A stretch of DNA of 55,679 bases from Verrucomicrobiota bacterium (GTDB lineage Bacteria > Verrucomicrobiota > Verrucomicrobiia > Limisphaerales > CANJXF01). This document shows positions 9,007-17,510 of the stretch, piece by piece; the stretch's first letter is position 1; each line of letters starts with the position of its first letter. Both the position numbers and the translations under genes were made by a program. The stretch spans positions 1-55,679 of the forward strand of contig JBDSYB010000172.1 of the NCBI GenBank assembly GCA_039925885.1. The letters run 5' to 3'. The notes beneath the pieces were generated by a model. It did not search any database. It saw nothing but the letters and a program-made list of their open reading frames with translations, and was not told where the DNA came from.

Positions 9007-10241
9007 AAATTCAGTGTGAGGGAACAAAGACACAGGCATGGAATTGGTGGAAAATTAAAATGCTTTTTAATATTTTTGCCGCTGGACTTGTCGTAATTCC
9101 AACCAGCGGCGCGACGAACATTATCATGAGCGTCGTTGCGACGAACTTTGTCCAAAAAAATATTTATCACTCTCCGCAAACGCCGGGCTACACATCGTGG
9201 ACAACCTTGTGGCGGACGCCGAAAAAAGAATTGCGCCTCGCGTTTCAACAAGTCACCGGCCCCGTGGATGATTGGAAAAAGCGGACGAACGTGACGGCCA
9301 TTCTCGGCAGCACGAGCGAGGGCGCAACGTGGGAAAAATTGCGCGAAGTTCCGGCGCGAACCAGCGCTCCGGTGGACAAGGAAGAAATCTACGCCGCGCC
9401 CGGCACATCCAGTTTTTGCGGACACGGATTTGCCGCGTTGAAAGACGGAACACTCGTTACAGGTCTCTGGCCTTCTGGAACGCAAAAGAGTGGCTATATC
9501 CAACGCTCGAAGGATGGAGGAGTGAAATGGTCGAAGCCGATTTATTTACGCGATCCGGAAATTTACAAAACCTATCCCACACAGATTCGACTTTTGCGCG
9601 ATGGCCGGCTTGTGCTCGTGGCCGGAATGGTCAAGCAAGCCGACGCAAAGACCGCGAAGTTTCTTTTGAAAGAATTTTTTGAATCACGGGACGACGGCAA
9701 GAAGTGGTCGCACATCTGGACGATGCCGCAGAACGTCGGCCTGTGCGAAGAAAGCGATTTTGTGGAACTCGACAACGGTGATTTGCTTTTCGTGCATCGC
9801 GCTGAACATTACGAGGGCGAAAAAGATATTGGCTCCAATCGCCTGCAGAATATTTTTCACCGCAAAAAAAAGGGTTGGAAAATCGGCCCCGTCACCGCGT
9901 CGCCGATTCCGCACAGCGGTTATCCCGAACTATTGAAGACGCGTGAAGGTTTGATTTTGCACGTCGCGACTGAAGGTATTTGGTGGACGGCTGATTCGGG
10001 CGCGCAGTGGCAACTGCTCGCGCTCGTGGGCGAACGCTCTTATGTAAATCCCGTTCCGAGCGCAGCATTTCCACCGTATCCCGGCATGGTTCTAGGCAGT
10101 CCTTATTATCCGCGTGCGACACAACTGGCGGACGGAACGATCATGGTGGTTGGCCATAACGGCTCAGACAATGTTTATGGTTCGATGGACCAGGCCATCG
10201 TTCAACAGACGTTTAAGTTGAATGTGACGAATACGAAATGA
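9003..10241 (+). CDS. BNR/Asp-box repeat (sialidase-like beta-propeller) protein
   Basis: Three Asp-box motifs are present: SKDGGVKWSKP, SRDDGKKWSHI and TADSGAQWQLL. The track ORF starts at 8955. I prefer the ATG at 9003 (ATGA overlap with the upstream stop) or the ATG at 9060, which precedes a hydrophobic N-terminus. Confidence 0.75.
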   Translation: MKIQCEGTKTQAWNWWKIKMLFNIFAAGLVVIPTSGATNIIMSVVATNFVQKNIYHSPQTPGYTSWTTLWRTPKKELRLAFQQVTGPVDDWKKRTNVTAILGSTSEGATWEKLREVPARTSAPVDKEEIYAAPGTSSFCGHGFAALKDGTLVTGLWPSGTQKSGYIQRSKDGGVKWSKPIYLRDPEIYKTYPTQIRLLRDGRLVLVAGMVKQADAKTAKFLLKEFFESRDDGKKWSHIWTMPQNVGLCEESDFVELDNGDLLFVHRAEHYEGEKDIGSNRLQNIFHRKKKGWKIGPVTASPIPHSGYPELLKTREGLILHVATEGIWWTADSGAQWQLLALVGERSYVNPVPSAAFPPYPGMVLGSPYYPRATQLADGTIMVVGHNGSDNVYGSMDQAIVQQTFKLNVTNTK

Positions 10242-13066
10242 CCTCAAAGTCACGACTCCAAACCGCTTTTCGTTCGCTACCGCTCCATAGTGGTGATAGA
10301 ATGGTAGCGATGAATTCCCTTCTTCAAAAACTTTGCGTTGGTATTTTTGCTATGGCGTGGGGAATTTTTTCCGCCAAAGCGCAATCGAATCTGGTGATTA
10401 ATTCCAGCTTTGAAACGAACATTTTTTCGACGTCGCCCGGTTATGTTTCTCAAGTTGGAAATGGGCCAATTACGGGATGGAGCTACGTTGGAAATGTTGG
10501 GTTGAATCCGGCAGGAGGCTCGAATCCATTCGCCAACAACGGACTCACTCCCGACGGGAATCAAGTCGCCTTTCTTCAGAATTCAAATTCGTCTTTGAGT
10601 CAAACAATCCAGAGTCTGGTCGTCGGGCAACTGTATGAAGTGCGCTATAATTACAATGGCCGCTCCGGTTTCGTAAATCCTGCCATTCGAGTTTCACTCG
10701 ATGGAGTGGCGGTTCACAGCGCGCCCGTTTCTCCGGTCGGTGCGTCCGCGAATTATTATTTGAACACTTTGACTTTCACCGCCGACGCGACCAATAAAGT
10801 GTTGCGCTTCGAGCAGACGGCGGGCGGCGACGCCACGTTGCTCGTGGATAATATTATCGTGCGCTCCATCCCCGTGCTGACGACGTCCGACGACATTTTG
10901 CAAGTAAGCGCCACGACCAACGAAATTATTTTAAACGTCAAAACTGTTCCGGGCCAAAAAATCCAAATCGCTGAACTCGCTCCGTTTGAAACAAAAACCA
11001 ACGCCATCAATTCGTCGGCCTTGCTGGAAATAACCGTCCCGTCTGATTCTCAGATTCATCTCCCGCGATTTGTTTCCACCGACCGGATTTATTCCGGCTT
11101 CATCGCGGTGCGGACGAACACGATCGGCAGCACGAATTTTTCCGGCGAGATAAAATTCGTCGAAGATTTGATTGGCGTTTCCAAATACAACGAAGCGTTT
11201 CCAACGGCGGCGAGCAAAAAAGGATTGCAAGTGCAGATGAACAGCGACGCGATTGCCATCGGAATCAAGCACGCCGCGATCAATTTAAATTTTTCGCAAT
11301 TGGTCGATTTGAATCACACCGCGGGCAATCCAACGTGGGCAATGGACGGTGAAACTTTTTATTTCAACCAGTCTTATCTCAACGCGCTTGGCTTGAAACA
11401 ATTGTCTGATACGAACGTGGTCATCAGTCTCATTTTAATTTATATCCCGAACAATAATCCAACGCTCGACGCGATCATGCTCCATCCGCAATTTAATCCA
11501 GCGGGAAATTTGAGTGCGTTCAACACTTCCACGACCAACGGCCTGAAATATTTCAAAGCCAGCATGGAATTTTTGGCGGATCGTTTTTCGCGGACGGACC
11601 GGCTTTACGGACGCGTCGTGAATTTCATTGTCGGCAATGAAGTCGATTCGCATTGGTCGTGGTATAACATGGGTTTGGCGCCGATGGAAACGGTGGCGGA
11701 AGATTATTTGCGCACGGTAAGAATCTGTCACGCCGCCGTGCGAAAATCCGCCAGCCAATCGCGAGTTTATGTTTCATTGGATCACGGTTGGAATCTCAAC
11801 ATCATGGGTGATGCCCTCAAAGGTTTCCCAGCGCGAACGTTCGTGGATTATTTTGCGGCGCGGGCGAAAGCGGGCGGAGATTTTGAATGGCACATCGCGC
11901 ATCACCCGTATCCTGAAAATTTATTTGAGCCGCGCACCTGGCTCGACACAACCGCCACCACCAACGTGCTGACGAGTCCACGCATCACGTTTAAAAATAT
12001 CGAATTGTTGCCTCAATATCTCAGCCGAACCGAACTTCTCTATCGAGACACGCAACGGCGCATTATTCTTTCTGAACAAGGTTTTCACTCCGACCCCAAC
12101 TCCGTGAGCGAGCAACGACAAGCGGCGGCTTATTGCTATGCTTATCGCAAAGTTGAAAATTTGCCGGGCATAGATTCCTTCATTTTACATCGTCATGTGG
12201 ATCACTCGCTGGAAGGTGGTTTGAATCTGGGGCTGTGGCGACGCGTCACCAATTCCATCAACACTCCCGACACGACCAAGCCGATTTACGATGTCTTTAA
12301 GGCCGCCGACACGACGAATTGGCCGAGCGCATTTCAATTCGCTCTGGCGGAAATCGGCATCACGAATTGGAACCAAATTATCACTTGGAGGCCGCCCGCA
12401 TTTATTTCGCAACCAACAAATCGAACGGGAATTGTTGACGGCACAATTGCGTTCAACTTCAGCGCGAGCGGTTCGCCGACGCCGGTTTTTCAATGGCGTT
12501 TCAACGGAACGGATTTGACGAATGGTTTGGGAATCAGCGGCGCGATGAATACGACGTTGACGTTGAGCAACCTGACTTTTGCGCAAGCCGGAAATTACAC
12601 GGTGTTTCTCCGCAATGGCCACGGCACTGCGATCAGCACGAATGCGGCTCTGACGGTGTTGACGATGTTTGAAGGTTGGCGGCGCGCAAATTTTACTGCG
12701 GCGGAATTGTTGAACAACGCCATTAGTGGAGCGGGCGCAGATCCTGACGGAGACGCGTTGGTGAACGCTGTCGAATACGCAGTGAATTACAATCCGCAAA
12801 TTCCTGATAGTCGCGCTTTTTTTCAACCGAGATTAACGAACGACGCCGGGCAGATTTATCTCGCGATGAATTATCGCGAACGGCTCGGCACCAGCGGACT
12901 CACTTTCACCAACCAGTTTTCTACCAATCTTGTGCAGTGGAGCACGCAAGGAGTGACCACCCGGATTTTGTCGCAGGATTCAGTCACACGAACCATTGAA
13001 GCGCGGACGCCCGTCAACGGTCGCACCAATCTTTTTCTCCGCTGTTTGTTCAACTTGCTGCCGTAA
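10238..13066 (+). CDS. Large secreted glycoside-hydrolase-like protein (clan GH-A-like core, Ig-like domain, C-terminal STxLxxW...F[YL]R module)
   Basis: 942 aa, with an ATGA overlap on the upstream gene. An alternative ATG at 10301 precedes the signal-like MVAMNSLLQKLCVGIFAMAWGIFSAKA. VGNEVDSHW and ILSEQGFHS resemble GH-A acid/base and nucleophile motifs. The Ig I-set-like stretch is SGSPTPVFQWRFNGTDL...AGNYTV. Confidence 0.75.
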   Translation: MTSKSRLQTAFRSLPLHSGDRMVAMNSLLQKLCVGIFAMAWGIFSAKAQSNLVINSSFETNIFSTSPGYVSQVGNGPITGWSYVGNVGLNPAGGSNPFANNGLTPDGNQVAFLQNSNSSLSQTIQSLVVGQLYEVRYNYNGRSGFVNPAIRVSLDGVAVHSAPVSPVGASANYYLNTLTFTADATNKVLRFEQTAGGDATLLVDNIIVRSIPVLTTSDDILQVSATTNEIILNVKTVPGQKIQIAELAPFETKTNAINSSALLEITVPSDSQIHLPRFVSTDRIYSGFIAVRTNTIGSTNFSGEIKFVEDLIGVSKYNEAFPTAASKKGLQVQMNSDAIAIGIKHAAINLNFSQLVDLNHTAGNPTWAMDGETFYFNQSYLNALGLKQLSDTNVVISLILIYIPNNNPTLDAIMLHPQFNPAGNLSAFNTSTTNGLKYFKASMEFLADRFSRTDRLYGRVVNFIVGNEVDSHWSWYNMGLAPMETVAEDYLRTVRICHAAVRKSASQSRVYVSLDHGWNLNIMGDALKGFPARTFVDYFAARAKAGGDFEWHIAHHPYPENLFEPRTWLDTTATTNVLTSPRITFKNIELLPQYLSRTELLYRDTQRRIILSEQGFHSDPNSVSEQRQAAAYCYAYRKVENLPGIDSFILHRHVDHSLEGGLNLGLWRRVTNSINTPDTTKPIYDVFKAADTTNWPSAFQFALAEIGITNWNQIITWRPPAFISQPTNRTGIVDGTIAFNFSASGSPTPVFQWRFNGTDLTNGLGISGAMNTTLTLSNLTFAQAGNYTVFLRNGHGTAISTNAALTVLTMFEGWRRANFTAAELLNNAISGAGADPDGDALVNAVEYAVNYNPQIPDSRAFFQPRLTNDAGQIYLAMNYRERLGTSGLTFTNQFSTNLVQWSTQGVTTRILSQDSVTRTIEARTPVNGRTNLFLRCLFNLLP

Positions 13067-13079
13067 ATTTCCAAACACT

Positions 13080-14513
13080 ATGAACTCAACTTCATTTAAT
13101 CGCCGCGAATTTCTCTGGCGCTTCGGCGGTGGATTGGGCGGCATCGCGATGGCGCAATTGCTCGGCTCAGAAAATTTACTCGCGGATACGTTGCTGAAAC
13201 CGAATCCCGCTTTCAACGGCGGCTTGCATCATCGCGCGAAAGTGAAACGCATCGTGCAACTTTTCATGAACGGCGGCGCGAGTCAGTGCGATTCGTTTGA
13301 TTACAAACCCAATCTTATCAAACACAGCGGCGAAAAATTTGATCCAGGCGAACGCGTCGAGGCGACCACCAGTTCACCGGGCAACCTGATGAAAAGCACG
13401 TTTGATTGGAAACAGCACGGACAATCCGGGCGTTGGGTGAGCAGCGCGTTTCCCCATATTGCGACGTGTGTCGATGACCTGGCTTTTCTGATGGCGATGA
13501 CTTCCAAGACGAACGTTCACGGGCCGGCAGTTTATTTGCAGAACACGGGGTTTCTTTTGCCCGGTTTTCCAACAATGGGCGCTTGGATTTCTTACGGCCT
13601 CGGAAGTTTAAACAATAATTTGCCAACCTTCGTCGTGTTGCCCGATTCGCGAGGGCTGCCTTATAACTCGAAAGGAAGTTTTTCCTCAGGTTTTTTGCCG
13701 GTCGCTCATCAAGGCACGATCATCAAAGCGACCGCGAAAAATCCCATTGCTGATTTATTTCCACCGGAATCCGCAAAATTTATTACGAAAAAAAGTGAGG
13801 CCGATGGGCTTGTTCTGTTGAACAAAATTAATCGCGAACATCTGGCCAATTGGCAGGGTGATTCCCGCCTTGATGCGAGAATTGCGTCCTACGAACTCGC
13901 CGCGAAAATGCAATTGAGCGCGCCTGAGGTGCTCAACCTTTCTGGCGAAACAGAAGCCACAAAAAAAATGTACGGCCTTGATGAAAAAACGACCGAAGAT
14001 TTTGGCCGCAATTGTCTTACGGCGCGTCGACTCCTGGAAAAAGGGGTTCGTTTCGTCCAGGTCTGGAGCGGCACGGCGGGCGCTAGTGGGAATTGGGACA
14101 ATCACACTGACATCACTAAAGAATTAGGATTTATCACAAACGCGACTGACAAACCCGTCGCGGCGCTCGTGAAAGATTTGAAAGCGCGCGGCATGTTTGA
14201 AGACACCTTGATTATCTGGACGACGGAATTTGGGCGAATGCCATTCAGCCAAGGGAGCGTTGGACGCGATCACAACGGGGGAACGTTTGTTAGCTGGATG
14301 GCGGGCGCAGGAATTAAACCCGGGGTAAGTTACGGCGAAAGCGATGAGTGGTCGTGGAAAGCGAAAAAAGATAAAACTTATTGTTACGATTTACACGCGA
14401 CAATTTTGCATTTGCTCGGAATCAATCACGAAAAATTAACTTTCCGCAACAACGGCAGCGACCGGCGTCTGACGGATGTTCACGGGGAAGTGATTCAGGA
14501 AATTTTGGCGTAA
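13080..14513 (+). CDS. DUF1501 (sulfatase/phosphatase-fold) protein with Tat signal
   Basis: The track ORF begins at 12996, inside the upstream gene. The ATG at 13080 gives MNSTSFNRREFLWRFGGGLGGIAMAQLLG, a twin-arginine signal. Other motifs are GNWDNHTD, GRDHNGGTF, and the C-terminal DLHATILHLLGINHEKLTF...RLTDVHGEVIQEILA. Confidence 0.9.
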   Translation: MNSTSFNRREFLWRFGGGLGGIAMAQLLGSENLLADTLLKPNPAFNGGLHHRAKVKRIVQLFMNGGASQCDSFDYKPNLIKHSGEKFDPGERVEATTSSPGNLMKSTFDWKQHGQSGRWVSSAFPHIATCVDDLAFLMAMTSKTNVHGPAVYLQNTGFLLPGFPTMGAWISYGLGSLNNNLPTFVVLPDSRGLPYNSKGSFSSGFLPVAHQGTIIKATAKNPIADLFPPESAKFITKKSEADGLVLLNKINREHLANWQGDSRLDARIASYELAAKMQLSAPEVLNLSGETEATKKMYGLDEKTTEDFGRNCLTARRLLEKGVRFVQVWSGTAGASGNWDNHTDITKELGFITNATDKPVAALVKDLKARGMFEDTLIIWTTEFGRMPFSQGSVGRDHNGGTFVSWMAGAGIKPGVSYGESDEWSWKAKKDKTYCYDLHATILHLLGINHEKLTFRNNGSDRRLTDVHGEVIQEILA

Positions 14514-14531
14514 TTAGCCAAGCCTCCTTGT

Positions 14532-14573
14532 TCAAAGAAAAATGACGAGTCAGCATTTTGCTAACTCGTCATT
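14532..14573 (-). terminator. Candidate intrinsic terminator read on the minus strand
   Basis: A 10-bp perfect stem pairs aatgacgagt (14541-14550) with actcgtcatt (14564-14573) around a 13-nt loop. On the minus strand it is followed by TTTTTCTTT (14540-14532). On the plus strand no T-run follows it. Confidence 0.45.
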
Positions 14574-14966
14574 GAGAACATAACCCCACCGTAATGCCGT
14601 GTTCACAGTTCCTTTGAACTTAAGTGAAACAGTGGAACCCAATCGGCGGCTTTCGACTTCCAATCAAGGCCTGTCGGCCGCACAGCGAAGTCAAGGTTCC
14701 GTTATTTGTTTAATTACGGTCCAAGGATTTGTTTCTGATCACGAACATGGCAGGGCTAAAACCAGAAATTTTTTGAAAGAACATTGCGCGACTCAAATTT
14801 TCTCGCGCCTGACTGATTTAACTTTCGCTCAAATTACATTTTCTCTCAAGAGTAATCTTGCTGAAAGTTTTTGCAGGAATGGGAAATTGTCGCTTGACGA
14901 ACGCCCACCAAGACGAAAAGAAATCTGCGGAGCGAGCGAATTTTTTTTTCTACGCGAAATTTTTTG

Positions 14967-16415
14967 CTATGCCAAAATTTCTTTTACGATCCGCCCGCTA
15001 ACATCCGTCAATCGAAAGTCGCGGCCTGCGTTGCGGAAAGTGAGTTTCTCGTGGTCGAAGCCGAGCAGCGCGAGAATCGTCGCGTGCAAATCGTGGACGT
15101 GGACCTTATTTTCCACTGCGGCAAAACCAAATTCATCAGTCGCGCCGTGGACGTGGCCGCCTTTGACGCCGCCGCCCGCCATCCACATGGTGAAGCCATA
15201 GGGATTGTGATCGCGCCCGTTGACTTTTCCTGAATTGGAACCGGGTGTGGGAAGTTCAACGACCGGCGTGCGGCCAAATTCTCCGCCCCAAATCACGAGT
15301 GTATCTTCCAACATGCCGCGCTGCTTTAAATCTTTGAGCAACGCGCCGATAGGCTGGTTACTTTCTTTGGAGAGGTGGCGCATTCCCGCGTCCAAATCTT
15401 CGTGTGTATCCCATGGTTGACCGGCACCGTGCCAGACCTGCACGAAACGCACACCGCGTTCCACGAGCCGCCGAGCGATGAGAAGCTGCCGCGCCTGCGT
15501 TCCTTCACCATACATTTTGCGGATGTGTTCCGGCTCATGTGAAATGTCGAAAGCATCGGTCGCGTCCATTTGCATTCGATAGGCCAGTTCAAAAGATTGG
15601 ATGCGCGATTCGAGTTGCGATTCGTTGCCGCGCGCTTTGGCGTGGCGTGCGTTCAATTGTTGCAAGAGATCAAGTTGCGAACGTTGTTCCGGTAGCGACG
15701 TGTAATTATTTTTTATGTTCTCAATCAGCTTCTCGATTTGCGTGTGTTGCGTGTCGATGTAAGTGCCTTGATAAGCGCCGGGAAGAAAACCGCTCTGCCA
15801 ATTTTGCGATTCCTGAATCGGATAACCGCCGGGGCACATCGTGATGAAGCCGGGAAGGTTCTGGTTCTCGCTGCCGAGACCGTAAGTGACCCAGGAACCG
15901 ACGCTCGGTCGAATGAGCCGTGATTCGCCGCAATTCATCAGGAGCAAAGAGGGTTCGTGACTCGGCACTTCCGCATGCATTGAGCGAATCACGCAAACGT
16001 CGTCGATACAGTCGCCAACATGCGAAAAAAGTTCGCTCACTTCGATGCCGCTTTGGCCATATTTTTTAAACTTAAACGGTGACGCCAAAGCCGCGCCCGT
16101 TTTGCGTTCAGATTTTAAATTCTCCATCGGCAACATTTTGCCGCCGTATTTTGTCAGCGACGGTTTGTTATCGAATGTGTCCACATGCGACGGCCCGCCG
16201 TTGGCAAAAATGTGGATGACTCGCTTTGCCTTCGCTGCAAACTGCGGAAGTTTCGGCGTGAGTGGAGAAATGTTTTCACCACCAATCGCTGAAGACTCAA
16301 AAAAATTTCCAAACAAACCCGCCAGACTGACCGCGCCCATGCCCATCCCGCAGCGCGAAAGAAAGTCGCGGCGCGTAAAACCAAGATGCTGTTTAGTGGG
16401 TTTATGAAATTCCAT
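14967..16415 (-). CDS. DUF1501 protein with Tat signal (second paralog, convergent with the first)
   Basis: 482 aa. The Tat motif is FTRRDFLSRCGMGMGAVSLAGLFG. PWDTHED and GRDHNPYGFTMWMAGGG are present. The C-terminus DLHATILALLGFDHEKLTF...RLTDVSGRIVKEILA is nearly the same as in 13080-14513. Confidence 0.9.
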   Translation of the reverse strand: MEFHKPTKQHLGFTRRDFLSRCGMGMGAVSLAGLFGNFFESSAIGGENISPLTPKLPQFAAKAKRVIHIFANGGPSHVDTFDNKPSLTKYGGKMLPMENLKSERKTGAALASPFKFKKYGQSGIEVSELFSHVGDCIDDVCVIRSMHAEVPSHEPSLLLMNCGESRLIRPSVGSWVTYGLGSENQNLPGFITMCPGGYPIQESQNWQSGFLPGAYQGTYIDTQHTQIEKLIENIKNNYTSLPEQRSQLDLLQQLNARHAKARGNESQLESRIQSFELAYRMQMDATDAFDISHEPEHIRKMYGEGTQARQLLIARRLVERGVRFVQVWHGAGQPWDTHEDLDAGMRHLSKESNQPIGALLKDLKQRGMLEDTLVIWGGEFGRTPVVELPTPGSNSGKVNGRDHNPYGFTMWMAGGGVKGGHVHGATDEFGFAAVENKVHVHDLHATILALLGFDHEKLTFRNAGRDFRLTDVSGRIVKEILA

Positions 16416-16521
16416 GTGTAACTGGACTTAGTTTAATCCACAAAAATTCACGGGCAAACTTTTTGTCTGGGTAAGCATCACGGAATTTAGCCTTTGAACT
16501 TGGCTGCTCGCTTGTCATAAC

Positions 16522-17448
16522 GTGCGCGTGCCGGATTCCCAAATTCAGTCCATTGATGCCACAACGCGTTTCTGCGCGGTCTTTGGACATCCCATCCAGC
16601 ACTCCGCGTCGCCCACCATGCAAAACGCGGGCATCGCCGCGCTTGGTTTGAATTGGCGCTATCTTGCCTGCGAAGTTCGGCCTGACGATTTGGCCGAGGC
16701 CATCAATGGCGCAAAGGCGATGAAATTTCTCGGGTTGAATTTGACCGTGCCGCACAAATTGCTCGCGCTGAAAATGTGCGATGAACTTGATGCCTCCGCA
16801 AAACTTTGGGGCGCGGTCAACACGATTCGTTTTGAAACGAAAACGAAATCCAGCGACTGGGTTCCTCTCGCCAAAATTTCCGCCGATGAAATTTCCGAAG
16901 TTCGCTCGCATGGTTTCAACACGGATGCCGACGCCATCACTCAGGCGATTCGGGAAGATTTGAAGTTAGAAATTCAAGCCAAACGGATTTTGCTTCTCGG
17001 CGCGGGTGGGGCAGGGCGGGTTGCTGCCATGAAGTTTGCCACTGATGGCGCATCTGAAATATTTTTGATCAATCGCACGCAACACAAAGCCGAGGAACTG
17101 GCGGCGGAAATGCGGGAGCTTTTTCCCAACGTCCGGTTGGAAACAAAATATCCCCGTGGAGAGGTGGATTTACTCGTCAATGCGACTTCCGCCGGCTTGA
17201 AAGAAAGCGACCCGATACCGCTCGATGAAAAACAGTTTCCACTGAAATCGACTCGTTGCGTTTACGACATGATTTATCGCCCAGCCGAAACACCGCTGCT
17301 TGCCGCCGCGAAAAAAGCCGGTTGCCGAACGGCCAACGGACTCGGCATGTTACTTTATCAAGGCGCGAAAGCTTTGGAGCTCTGGTCAGAAAAACCAGCG
17401 CCCATCGAAGTCATGCGAAGCGCACTTGAAAAAAATATTTATGGCTAG
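16522..17448 (+). CDS. aroE: Shikimate dehydrogenase
   Basis: 308 aa with a GTG start. Motifs are FGHPIQHSASPTMQNAG, LNLTVPHK, NTIRF and the NADP-binding LLLGAGGAGRVAA. Confidence 0.85.
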   Translation: MRVPDSQIQSIDATTRFCAVFGHPIQHSASPTMQNAGIAALGLNWRYLACEVRPDDLAEAINGAKAMKFLGLNLTVPHKLLALKMCDELDASAKLWGAVNTIRFETKTKSSDWVPLAKISADEISEVRSHGFNTDADAITQAIREDLKLEIQAKRILLLGAGGAGRVAAMKFATDGASEIFLINRTQHKAEELAAEMRELFPNVRLETKYPRGEVDLLVNATSAGLKESDPIPLDEKQFPLKSTRCVYDMIYRPAETPLLAAAKKAGCRTANGLGMLLYQGAKALELWSEKPAPIEVMRSALEKNIYG

Positions 17449-17473
17449 GCAACCCTGCATTTCGATTCGGCTC

Positions 17474-17501
17474 TCGACCTTCGACTCTCGACCCTCGACG
17501 T
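17474..17501. repeat. Four tandem heptamers (tcgacNN) in the aroE-pilD spacer
   Basis: The motif tcgac starts at 17474, 17481, 17488 and 17495, an exact 7-nt period. The block is enclosed by the 7-bp inverted repeat aggcaac (17447-17453) / gttgcct (17500-17506). Confidence 0.6.
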
Positions 17502-17510
17502 TGCCTTGAT

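Noticed and set aside
14599-15201. A 200-aa plus-strand ORF spanning the convergent gap and running into the DUF1501 gene.
   Set aside because: Its 3' half is antisense to a well-supported gene. The rest has a low-complexity, motif-free translation and no start context. The gap is treated as non-coding (see the finding on it).
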